This document shows, piece after piece, positions 1-11,114 of a stretch of DNA of 38,639 nt; within the stretch, counting starts at the first letter, position 1; every line of letters starts with the position of its first letter. Under the pieces are notes generated by a model that did not search any database, was not told the DNA's origin, and saw only the letters and a list, made by a program, of their open reading frames with translations. The stretch is from positions 40,279,553 through 40,318,191 of the forward strand of contig NC_068999.1 in assembly GCF_001194135.2 (NCBI RefSeq), given 5' to 3'. The position numbers and the translations under genes were made by a program. This DNA is from Octopus bimaculoides (lineage: Eukaryota).

Positions 1-62
<62 letters not shown>

Positions 63-98
63 TGTATGTATGTATGTATGTATGTATGTATGTATATA
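1..98. repeat. (TA)n/(TATG)n compound microsatellite
   Basis: Directly visible. Confidence 0.97.
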
Positions 99-137
99 TC
101 AGTTACAGAATGATGCCGGTAATGGCATACAATGAAC

Positions 138-153
138 CTGTCTCTAGAGACAG
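138..153. repeat. Perfect 16-bp palindrome CTGTCTCTAGAGACAG
   Basis: Sequence is its own reverse complement. Confidence 0.9.
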
Positions 154-184
154 TTTGCACCAGCTGTTTTCCCCGTCACTAAAA

Positions 185-210
185 CTGAGGATAGGGTAAT
201 CACTCTGAAA
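185..210 (+). ncRNA. Hammerhead-core-like motif, incomplete
   Basis: CTGAGGA-t-AGGGT-aatc-ACTCT-GAAA: CUGANGA box, 5-bp stem II with one G-U pair, GAAA box. Stems I and III not convincingly found. Confidence 0.3.
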
Positions 211-373
211 TGCTCGAATCCCACGCCAAAGTTACAGGTCGCTGACTCTGTGTATTTGCAACTAATTGTGGACAGCGAGAAATTTTCGCCTTCAGAAAAT
301 GCAATGAATCGCTTTCTTATAGGTATAACTATGCCTCACGTGTATTTGAGGAGGTAACGAATTTTTATTGTTG

Positions 374-592
374 CACACGCACGCACGCACAAACAAACAC
401 CCAAACACTCACACACACATGTATACACACACACATAGACAGACACACACATACACACACACACACACATACACACACACACACATACACATATATATAT
501 ATATACACGCACATCGGCAACATTCGTTAATTTCTTGAAAATGGTGTTACAACACCGAAATATAGAATACCAGGTAAGTCTACATTAATTCA

Positions 593-625
<33 letters not shown>
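374..625. repeat. (CA)n/(TA)n tract and (TG)n tract flanking a short unique spacer
   Basis: Visible at about 374-510 and 595-625. Confidence 0.9.
541..573 (+). CDS. Candidate short first coding exon ([11 protein letters not shown]), unverified
   Basis: ATG with A at -3 and G at +4, 11 open codons, then consensus donor CAG|GTAAGT at 574. No homology recognised and no downstream exon confirmed. Confidence 0.2.
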
Positions 626-627
<2 letters not shown>

Positions 628-630
628 AGA

Positions 631-985
631 TGCAGGTGTGGCTGGGCTGTGTGGTAAGGAGCTAAGAAGCTTGCTTCTTGCTTCCCGATCACATGTTTCC
701 TAGTTCCGTCTCACTCCATGGCACCTCTGGTATTTACTTTTGTTAATGGATGTATAAGACGGAAACTGAAAGAAGCTTGTCGCATATATGTGTGTGTTTG
801 TATCGCTCCCACCATCGCTTAACAACCGATGTTGGTGTGCTTAATCCCCGTTACTTAGCGGTTCGACAAAATAGACGGATAGAGTAAGTACTAGACTTAC
901 AATGATTAAGTTCTGGGGTCGCGTTTTCGATTCAAGGCGGAGCCTCAGCATGGCAGCAATCACATGACTGAAACAAATAAATGAG
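631..985 (+). mobile_element. tRNA-derived SINE, near full length (family 1)
   Basis: Head GCAGGTGTGGCTG..TGGTAAG, body AGACGGAAACTGAAAGAAGC and CCGTTACTTAGCGGTTCG, tail CAGCATGGC..ATGACTGAAACAA. Related pieces at 20995-21090 (minus), 24664-24715 and 25424-25540. Resembles an abundant octopus SINE (recalled). Confidence 0.85.
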
Positions 986-1001
986 TAGTAGAAGAAAAGA
1001 A

Positions 1002-1002
<1 letters not shown>

Positions 1003-1062
<60 letters not shown>

Positions 1063-1084
1063 GGCAGGGAGAGAGAGAGAGAGA
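1003..1084. repeat. (TA)n then (GA)n microsatellite
   Basis: Directly visible. Confidence 0.95.
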
Positions 1085-1731
1085 AAGCGATACTTTTAAC
1101 GAATAAGAGTGAATATAACCTCAATATTTTCTATATAACATAATTAGATATATTCCGTTGAAGCCATATGCTATTAGTTGTGTTACATTAAGTTGTCGTG
1201 TGAAGGAGGGTGTAACTATAACATGTAACACCAGGCAGGCTTCACCAAACTTTACACACCCACATAATCACACATACATACATACGTTGTATGTATATGC
1301 TTGCGTAGATTCATGATATATGCATACATAATTGTAAATAGATTTACTAATATATATATGTATGTATGTACATGCGTATGTATAGGAGTATTGTTTTATG
1401 TGTGCATACGCATATGTGTTTATGCGTAAATTTAGAACTATGTTTAAGTATAGATGTGTGTTTTGTTTCACAAAGAAGCGACATCTGAATAAAGAACACA
1501 ATTCATATGGACATTAAATTGAATGCACACAATAAATATGATATACATATGATTAATATTATAGCAACAAAGTAGAGAAACCCAAAATCATTGAGGCTAG
1601 AAATTGCATTTGAATGCGGTATAATTGAATAATTATACATACCTATATACACCTGTAGTGATATACACAGAGTAGTATGTATATATGTGTATATTTATAT
1701 ATATGTATTCATATATATATATATATATATA

Positions 1732-1996
1732 NNNNNNNNNNNNNNNNNNNNNNNNNNNNNNNNNNNNNNNNNNNNNNNNNNNNNNNNNNNNNNNNNNNNN
1801 NNNNNNNNNNNNNNNNNNNNNNNNNNNNNNNNNNNNNNNNNNNNNNNNNNNNNNNNNNNNNNNNNNNNNNNNNNNNNNNNNNNNNNNNNNNNNNNNNNNN
1901 NNNNNNNNNNNNNNNNNNNNNNNNNNNNNNNNNNNNNNNNNNNNNNNNNNNNNNNNNNNNNNNNNNNNNNNNNNNNNNNNNNNNNNNNNNNNNNNN
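1732..1996. other. Assembly gap between (TA)n and (TG)n
   Basis: N run. Confidence 0.99.

Positions 1997-2056
<60 letters not shown>
1997..2056. repeat. (TG)n microsatellite
   Basis: Directly visible. Confidence 0.97.
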
Positions 2057-2060
<4 letters not shown>

Positions 2061-2554
2061 TTAGTCGAATAGAGTAAATCAAATTAAAAACTAAAATAAC
2101 AATGCAACTTGATAAATTGAGTGTAAATATTTTAGCTCGACGTAAGGAAAATGAAAATACGTAATGAGTAGAGCGTTTCGGACATATTCCTTTTTTCGTA
2201 TATTCGTAAAAGTCAGGAGGTGATATAAAAAACAGCTAGAGAATTACGGAAGACGAATGTGAAAACACTCTTAAAATATCGAACCCTCAAGAGAAAATCT
2301 CCGGTTTTCGAGGATATGTCTCGATACCGAAAGAGAACAGTAAACGCCAGAGTATGTGACAGAACATTGAACGCAAGGTGTTTCATATGTGTCTTTTGGA
2401 CATGTTGCTGTATATGTGTATACATAATTGTTTGTGAAATTTTGGAAGATGTAGATTTTGCTTCCATGTCTCTTGCTGTCCCGTATGCGGTGTGCGTGGG
2501 GCAACCTGCGTGCTTATTTGTGAAAGACCTGTTTTGTGTATGTCTGTGTATATC

Positions 2555-2578
2555 AGATTATGTTTGTGTGTGTTCGTG

Positions 2579-2610
<32 letters not shown>

Positions 2611-2779
2611 AGTGTGTGTGTGTGCTTGTGTGTGTGTCTATTTATCTGTGAATGTGAGGACAGTATTTTGCTTGATCGTAAAATTGCATGGTGGGCCAGC
2701 GAATCTCTCTGGTTTGCTCGTGTCACGGTTGCATAACCGGAAGATAAGCTGACAAGTGAAGAGAGTTTGTGGGTTAGTA

Positions 2780-2833
<54 letters not shown>

Positions 2834-2845
2834 TGTGTGTGTGTC
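2555..2845. repeat. Two (TG)n tracts (about 2555-2640 and 2783-2845) around a unique island
   Basis: Directly visible. Confidence 0.92.
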
Positions 2846-3368
2846 TGTGTACGTGTTTAGTAATGTGAAAGAGCAATTGTCTGGTATGATTGGCCGTCGA
2901 TTGATGTGCAGTGTATGTCTGTATGACTGTCTGTGATAATCTATTATTTACATATATCGAAATCTAAAGTTACGTTTCGCTTTCATTTTCTTGTCAACGC
3001 CGACGAATGCTGTTCGTAGTTTGGTCATTGAAAATTGAATGGTAGAGATATTTTAAACGGATACGCGAATGTTAAAATAGTCGTTGTCTTATTCATTTGC
3101 TGCCTTCATGATTTCTATTAATTTCCCTTTATCTTTTCATTAGCAGATTATTTTTCACACAGTGGACATTTTGCAACAGTTATCTTTTGAGTGAAATGTA
3201 TTACTCAGTTCGTATTGGTGGTAAATATAATCAGTATGTCTTGGATTCAATGAAATATTATAGTTAGCTTTCTTTCATTATTTATATAATGTCTGTCTAA
3301 TACTTTTAAATTTCACTTCTTAATGTTGTTAGTGACGTTCTACAGTCTAGCATAGACACACACCTATA

Positions 3369-3417
3369 TATATATACATGTAGATAAATATATATATATT
3401 ATCTACATGTATATATA
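3369..3417. repeat. 19-bp perfect inverted repeat with an 11-nt AT spacer
   Basis: TATATATACATGTAGATAA (3369-3387) is the reverse complement of 3399-3417. Confidence 0.9.
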
Positions 3418-3437
3418 GTGAGATGTATACACACATG

Positions 3438-3469
<32 letters not shown>

Positions 3470-3471
3470 CA

Positions 3472-3502
<31 letters not shown>

Positions 3503-5033
3503 TTCTCGCTCCCTCTCACCCTATATATATATATATATATATATATGGCCGTACACTCACGTTTTATTTCAGTTTTAATTATTAATTTAAAGCTTCCATA
3601 ATATTTATTTCAAAATATTACGTCTCTTCTGTGTATTGTTCGCTGTCTAGATCATTAATAGTTAAGTATTCGTAAATCTAGCTGTAGTGTTTGAAATATA
3701 TCGATGTCTCTTTATATTTCTATAAAATTATTGTTGCTTACACTGTCCGAAAAATTTTCAGTTTTGAGAAATATAAGCAGCAAAACTTGATGAACTTATT
3801 GATTTGAAAAGCACTTGTAACATATTGTATTTCATTTAACTATGTGCAGCTCAAGCTTGAGAGATTCATTTTAGTAACAATTCCGATCATGGAACAGTCG
3901 AAATGATCGTTTCAAATGAACGCTTACCTCCATATCAAGTCTAATTGCAGCTTTGATAATATTAAGTACTATAAATTGTCCAATATTTTTAGACTATATC
4001 CAACATTTGTGAAGCTCACTGCATTAGTATATTTTCTCTTACATATTTAGAAATCGATGTTATAAAGGACAAAGTATTTTAATAAAGCAATATAAGTGTT
4101 TAAAAGTTTAATGACATTGTAACATGATGCAATTTCAACAGTCTCAAATCAACATCGCCAACACAGTAATATGCCAGGCACGTATTATTTCATTGTAATT
4201 ATTCTAGATGCATTAATCTTACATTGATTCCAATCATTGTTTCATAACATTCATAATTCCAGGTTTAGAAGTTTCTGACCGTTCTTTGTATCTCATGTTG
4301 GATTGTATGGTGTATTTCATTGTTTAATTCTGCCATTTTTAGAAATGTTAAATTAAATATGGGCTTTGCGAATTGAATTCAATTTTAAAATATAATCTTC
4401 TAATTATCACAGCCAGGTCGACATCAAATTTTATTACTTTGGACTAGAACAATGAGGGACAGTCAGAAATTCCGGTCTCTGCTATCGATTGTTTTGTCTC
4501 AAATCATTCTTACAATATTGAAAATCGATGCTATAATTGTTGCAGTTATATTTGGTACTGATGTTTTTCATTTCTTTCAGAAATAATACTATATTTCATG
4601 GAAGTAGTGAAAAATTAGCACGAATCAGCATTCAAAACTGAAACATATGGCACCATTCAAAGTATGAAGGTAAAACATTAACAAAAATCATCATGCAACG
4701 TTAAAAAGAAATATGCAAAAAATACATAACAATTATCGGTGTTCGTCAGTAAAATATATAACATGAAACATATGACCGCATACATAACAGAATCCCCACC
4801 GAACAACATACCGCAAAATAACAACAACAACAAAAGTAACAACAACAATAAGAGACAGACAGTAACTGTCGTGGCTTCTGATCTAAACTGATTAGAAGTG
4901 TTATCATATACATTGTTTTATCTTGGTATAAAGGTTGGGCTACAGCAAATATTCTGCTCAATACCACAGATTTGCTTTTCAGTTGTTGAACCTGTTGAAT
5001 CAGATGAAGAATTATACCTGTCCTAAACAAAAT

Positions 5034-5060
5034 GGCATTACTTTTTGACTCACCTTCATA
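5034..5060 (-). mobile_element. Tc1/mariner-like terminal sequence
   Basis: Minus strand TATGAAGGTGAGTCAAAAAGTAATGCC resembles mariner ends of the TACGAGGG..TCAAAAAGT type. Only a 10-bp inverted partner (GTATGAAGGT, 4662-4671) was found. Confidence 0.35.
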
Positions 5061-6689
5061 CCTAAGCATCGAAAGAAAATCACAGATTTTTGAAGAAGGC
5101 TTACCTAACTTACTTCAGCATGACTATGGGTGACCAAGACAAAGCCTGAGCACCATATATTTTGTGCAAAACGTGTTGAAACATTAAGACAGTGATTCTT
5201 TCAAATACTTAAGTAGAAATTTTGCAGCTTTTTACTGTGAGAAAATTAAGGTTGTTGTGTTTGAAGTGACCACCGATTAGGTGACTAGTGCAGGCGAGAG
5301 CAGTTTTTGTAGTCCATGTCTGGCGTGGAAAAGGAAGCATGTAATGCTTTTGCAGTAGTTGGGTCTGATTTTGTGGGGAAAAAGAAGGCATCAAATTAAG
5401 TGATTCTCAAGCACTGAGCTGCAGTATGAGTGTAAAAGTGCATTTCTTGCAGTCATCTAGATTATTTCCCAGAAAATCATATTACATTAAGTGATGAGCA
5501 AGATGAAAGCTTCCCCTAAGACATATGGCCTACGGAGTCTAAGACTCAACACAATAGAATACAACTATGTTGGGTAACTATTGCTTGTCTCTGCAAAGAG
5601 ATTATCGTTTATGAATGTTGTTTACGCAAGAGAAATATCAGCCGTTGAGTAGATGAAACTCAATTTTCAGAGAAATATCTATCCACAGATGATAGAAAGT
5701 GTCTGAGGGCATTTCTGAACTCAGCACCATCAAATTAGATAATACTAATTATTAACAGTGAGACGACTAAAAGTTGTTTGGAAAATATTACTCGATGTTT
5801 TCAATAATAGCAGCTGACAATTCCTGTTATTTATAGACAAAAAATACAAATGTGCTTGAGAGAGTACGCTGTAGAAAAGAACTTGACGTGATAGAAGAAA
5901 ACTGACTGTAGTTTTGAACTCAGCTTGTTAAGTTCAGTCTAAACTGAAGGAAAAAATGAAACTCAACAGAAATTATGTTCAAAATTGTTCCTATGTGTTA
6001 CTTTTGAATAAAAAAAATGTTCAAAATGGAATATTGCCCTTACTGTTGTTAGCTGCACAACATTATTTGCACTGCTTATATTTCGAAATTTTTCCCTACA
6101 TTCTGTATCTTCAGATATACAAATGATTGCATAAGCCTGCAGCTAGCTCTTTTTAATTTATCGGTCATAATTTAGGGTCATATTTATTAATGTTATATAA
6201 GCAGCTGCTAGGAGCACTAAGGCGAATACGTGTTCCTACTACTTTAGAAAGCCATATTCCAATGTCTGTAAATATCACAAATGGCTCTTTGCCAGAAAAA
6301 ATGTATTTAGAAAAAATTGTCACAAGATAACCCTTTATTTTACTCAAGCTAATAAGTAATTAACAAAAAAATTGGAAGCATTCTGTTAGCAAAACATGGA
6401 GAAAAAAATGTTGCTCGAAACTGAAATGCATTTAGAAATGACTTACGTCGCAGCTATGTCCGTGTATTTCAATATACAACAATAGCCAAAACAACACCAA
6501 CAACAACAAAAACAACAACTGTGGCAACAAGAACAGTAAAAATAATAATATTTTGCGGTAGGGTTACAATTTCGCATACATCCAACATAAACGTATCATA
6601 CAAAAGTGAGTAGACACCATATAGTCGTAAAGGACTATGCAGTCTTTCAGTCGCGTCACCTCTCTGTATTCTACCAGGGATGGTATTGT

Positions 6690-6850
6690 GGTAACAACGC
6701 TATAAGCGTAAAGTTCTTTACCTTACTCATCCGATATTCATTTTCTGGTAAGTTTTCTCTCACTGTCTTCCAGACATTCTTTTTCACATCTTTTCTTCTA
6801 ATTCCATAAAAGCCTTATACAAGAAAACCCACTCTTTTACCAGGCGCCTT
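6690..6850 (-). pseudogene. Decayed MADF (Myb/SANT-like) domain remnant, possibly from a PIF/Harbinger element
   Basis: Manual translation across a frameshift gives RRLVKEWVFLY... then GIRRKDVKKNVWKTVRENLPENEY, fitting the MADF pattern LV-x-E-x-x-x-LY...K-x-x-x-W-x-x-V-x-x-x-L. Confidence 0.4.
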
Positions 6851-7814
6851 TTCTGCGATGCTTCATTATCTGGAGTTGAACGATGTCTAAAGAATTACAT
6901 TCTTTTCCAGTTGTTTCTTTAATGTCGTAGAAATTTCACGTCGCTTCACGAATTTTTAATGTCTTACAAGTTTCTTTCATTAATTGTCAGTTTTGGCTTA
7001 CTTTCGCTAATGTATTTCTATGATTTGAAGAAACTTAATACACATTCCCTGATAAAACCGTTGTGGTGCGAAAGTTCACGCACTGTTTCAGTTGCTATAT
7101 CAATCCGGACCCGAAAATGGTTGGCAGAGTATTACGGAAAAGTTCAATGATACCCACACATATCAAATACTGAAGCCATCTTCCTAACTACTGGTCAGGT
7201 TCCTACACTACAATCACTCATGTTACTAACACTAAATAACTTAACAATTACAAGCACTAATGCAATAATTTAGATAATACTTACATCATTGCGCAACTAC
7301 ATGAACTACCGATAAAGAAAAAAAACATTTCTCCGTTATATATGATTACTTTCTTATATTTGAACATGCGAAATTTTCCCGAAATGTTATACAAGCTTTT
7401 AAAACCCTAAATGGATAGAAGATTCTTCTTCTTCTTTGATTTTTTTTTTTGATTTTTTTCGCTTTCATTCTTTGACTCACTCTTATATTTTGGTTCAACC
7501 ATTACCTGCATCTCTTGAAAATAATGGTAGAAATACATTCCTTTACAAAATTTTTTCTAAAGGCTTCAACTGAATTAATTTTGTTTCTGATGTGTTTCTG
7601 TGTAAGGAAAGATTAATAAAAAGAGTATTAAAATATAATCCTGGTAGAAAGTATTTTCAGTGTGAAGCACTGTAAATCGACACTTTTGAAATGAAAAAAA
7701 ATAATTATTATAACATACGAAAATATATATAAACAGCTGCAAGACAAATATAATCAGCTACAGGAACAATATATAAAGAGCATATAGACATGTCTAAACA
7801 CACACACCCGTACT

Positions 7815-8070
7815 AATATATATATATATATATGCATGTATATAAACATTTATATACATAAAGATATATGCATGCATATAAACAAATATATACATTTATA
7901 TACACATATATATACATATATGCATAAATATGTATGTATATATATACATATGTATATCTATATATATATATATTTGTATATATATATATATATATATATA
8001 ATTATATATGGGTATATATATATATATATATATAATTATATATGGGTATATATATATATATATATATATT
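7815..8070. repeat. Degenerate (TA)/(TATG) tract with a 34-bp-period tandem duplication
   Basis: AATTATATATGGGT at 8000-8013 and 8034-8047. Confidence 0.9.
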
Positions 8071-10611
8071 GGCATTTACTACAATCGATAATCCATTTAG
8101 TATACCTTCGCGTGTCCAAAACAGATTGGAGTGAAAAACTTAATAGCAGACAGGATGTATACTTTAGATAAATATATAGGAGCATTACAGAGGTAAAATG
8201 GCGTGAAAAATGTAAATACATGATGGGAAGAAAGAGTATTGATGTATCAATAATAGAATATATATATATATATATATATAAACGTATATATATATATGTA
8301 TATACTAGAGTCGTGCAGTTTTTAAACAGAGAGCAACGAAAATTCTACCAACACACACACACACACATATATATATATTATATTATATGATATTATATTA
8401 AATCTAAGAAAAATATAAATAATTAAAAAAAATATTTACATCTATTATTAAAATCCTGAAATCTTGGAGAAGAAGCAAATCATTTTATATTCTATATATT
8501 GAAACTTTTAACCCTTGTATGATTTTCTTTTCACATATTTTTCATAAAACGAGGTCCTATTTGAATTGCCTACTGATTGTTCCTTCGTTACCATTATTGT
8601 AAGTCTATTTGTCTATGTGCTGGCGGCAGCATTAGAACGGCAGTCAAAATACTATGATTCATCTCGTTATACGCGGGGAGTTGTGAGTTCCAATCTCTAT
8701 GTATTCAATTTTGCCATCTTTCCTTCGATGGTCGCTAAAATAATGTACCATACACGAAAGAAATTCGACATAATTGCCTGTTGCCAGTCCTTAAATTTCA
8801 ATCTGGTGTTTCTGTTAGGAAACAGTAATTTATTGCGGTGCACTGGAGGTAGAGATGTGTCAGTGTGTTGGATGAAATGTGCTGAAGGATATCTTTGTAC
8901 GCTTTTATATTTCAGGTTTTATGCTTTCATGGTCTATAAAATAAATGATCAGTGATATGATTTTAATCTCCTTCGATCCTTCAATATGTAATCTCCCAGC
9001 ATGTACAAAAATCAGCATTCTAATTAAAGTTAGCCTGATTAGTATTGAGTTTCACCGATCCTCCTAAAGGTAGTAAGGCGGAGTTGATCGACCTCACTGA
9101 CAGATTTGATTTCTGAACAGTGTCACTTATATTAACACTGAAGAGATTTCTTTTTCCAGCCCTAAGTTTAATATGTCTAGTCTATGCAAGTTTACAGAAT
9201 TGTCTCGATACATGAGCTGAGAAGGAATTGCATAAGGTTAATTATTTTTGAGAGAAAGAGCTGTGTGGTAGACTAACACACAATACAGATGAGGAAAGAA
9301 GAAGAAAGAATGTTAGTAGTGCATGCGAGTAGCCACATCACGAGCTATCTTAAAAAATTAAACGTCACCATAGTTACAGTAGCAGGAATGAATGAAGTAA
9401 CAACATGTTACAGAGGTATATGTTGACGTCTAGAAACGAACTAAGTTATACCTATCAGTGGGGCAACCTCCTGGAAAACATGGCGTAGGCTGTGTCTAAC
9501 TATATCAACAAAACCGTCCTAGAAATGTGTACTATGTTTCATTGTCACGTATAGTTCAACTTTCTACATAATTGAATTGTTGAGGATGAATTATCTTGTG
9601 CGGTGATTTCAAATAACAAATCGCCATTTGAATTACTTTGTTAATAAATGTAAAAGGCGTCTAAACGATGAATGCAAAACGCTCCTCATTGGTAAAAGAT
9701 GTATATACCTAATATACGTATATATGCTGAATGCATGTATACGTATGTGTGTATATCACTAGATATATCTACGTATACACGTGTGTGTGTGTGTCTGTAC
9801 ACACAGAAATGCTTGCATATATATGTGTGTGTTTGCATCACTCATCTTTCTCTCCCACGCCATCTCTCATTCTCTCACTTTATATACATATACGCATTGA
9901 TACAAACTTATACACACACACACACATATATGCATGTATAATATTAAACGCTAGGTTGCTGCTTAGTCTGCAGACCATCGAGGTATAACTTCGCAATGCT
10001 GCTAATGGTTTGCAAATGGCATAAATTTTACAACTGCTCATTAATCACTTCCTGTACAAATTTCATTATTTTTACGCTTATGTAACATACAACACGATAT
10101 AAATATAGAAGATCCTATTATGCTCAAATTTATAAAATATTCCAGCATTAAAAACATGATTAGATGCCCTCCTTTAATACGTATTTCAGTTTTGGTTATT
10201 ATATGATTAGAAATATGGGGAAAGAAAATGCCAGGATCAGTTAAATGGCAGTATTCAGTTACAGACAATTAGGTAAAACGTTCTAATACCGCTAAAACGA
10301 AATGTTAGTCCTGCGGTAGGAAGGATTAAAATAACTTTAATATTTTACCATCGACTTCGTAAGGTTGGGAATAATTTAGTAAATCTTTAGTTATTGGACT
10401 ATTACCTTATAGATGGGAGACGTGTTTATTATTGTACTTCAAGACAATCAGTATTTTGTTCTCAAATCGACCAAAAATATTTCAATTAACGAAACATTTA
10501 TGTATGTTGGAGTTCAAATTATAAGTATTTGGGGACGGTATATGAAGACAATTTTGCCACGAATTGAATGCATCTACGTGTAAAGCAGAATCAGATGAAG
10601 TGATCTTTCTA

Positions 10612-10627
10612 AATGAGAGTCGCTTTA
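10612..10627 (+). repeat. Left copy of 16-bp direct repeat AATGAGAGTCGCTTTA (putative TSD)
   Basis: Exact match at 11264-11279. Confidence 0.9.
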
Positions 10628-10784
10628 CAGTTCTATATTTGAGAGAGGAGGAATTATGTACGTTATTTACATTATTTATATTTAACGGATAACAGTTCGG
10701 CTGATATACTCTCCAGCCTTCTTCAGGCTTTCTAGGGAAATTTCGAACCTGCGTTCTCATTCCTAAGGTATTTTTCGATGTTGT

Positions 10785-10852
<68 letters not shown>

Positions 10853-10970
10853 TAATAATGATTAGAATAATAACAATTAGTATTATTATTATTATTATTA
10901 TTCAGGTCAATGCCCGGAACTGAACTTGGAATCTTGGGGTTAGTAGCTCGCGCTCTTAACCAAACACCCG
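10628..10970 (-). mobile_element. Left arm of head-to-head SINE dimer: tRNA-like head, (ATT/AAT)n, hammerhead-like tail
   Basis: Reverse complement aligns with 10971-11263 (for example CTACTAACCCCAAGATTCC and CATCGAAAAATACCTTAGGAATGAGAAC). Runs about 35 bp further at its 3' end than the right arm. Confidence 0.88.
10691..10726 (-). ncRNA. Hammerhead-like motif, degenerate (GAAA box broken)
   Basis: Minus strand CTGAAGA-a-GGCTG-gagagtatat-CAGCC-GAAC-TGTT, with a perfect 5-bp stem II. Confidence 0.5.
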
Positions 10971-11044
10971 TGGGTATATGACGTTGTGGTTCAGAGCACG
11001 GGCTACTAATCCCAAGATTCCGAGTTCGATTCCAGCCATTGACG

Positions 11045-11114
<70 letters not shown>

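Noticed and set aside
1268-2082. ORFs of YI/HT/CV dipeptides and X runs, including similar ones at 7836, 13629-14712, 17312, 19147, 30378 and 37525-38594
   Set aside because: Translations of microsatellites and N gaps.
2271-2504. Cys-loop (nAChR or chemotactile receptor) similarity in TATCPKDTYETPCVQC
   Set aside because: Cys spacing is not C-x13-C and the FPFD-type core is missing.
6652-6747. Plus-strand exon candidate SRHLSVFYQGWYCGNN... ending CTG|GTAAGT
   Set aside because: Weak acceptor, no recognisable product, and the opposite strand is better explained as a MADF-like remnant.
8566-8955. 129-aa ORF, the longest outside gaps and simple repeats
   Set aside because: TTG start, overlaps a degraded SINE-like head near 8620-8700, and shows no recognisable domain.
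10981-11040. Possible tRNA gene
   Set aside because: A/B boxes and a T-arm are present, but acceptor and anticodon stems do not pair fully, and it continues into SINE body sequence.
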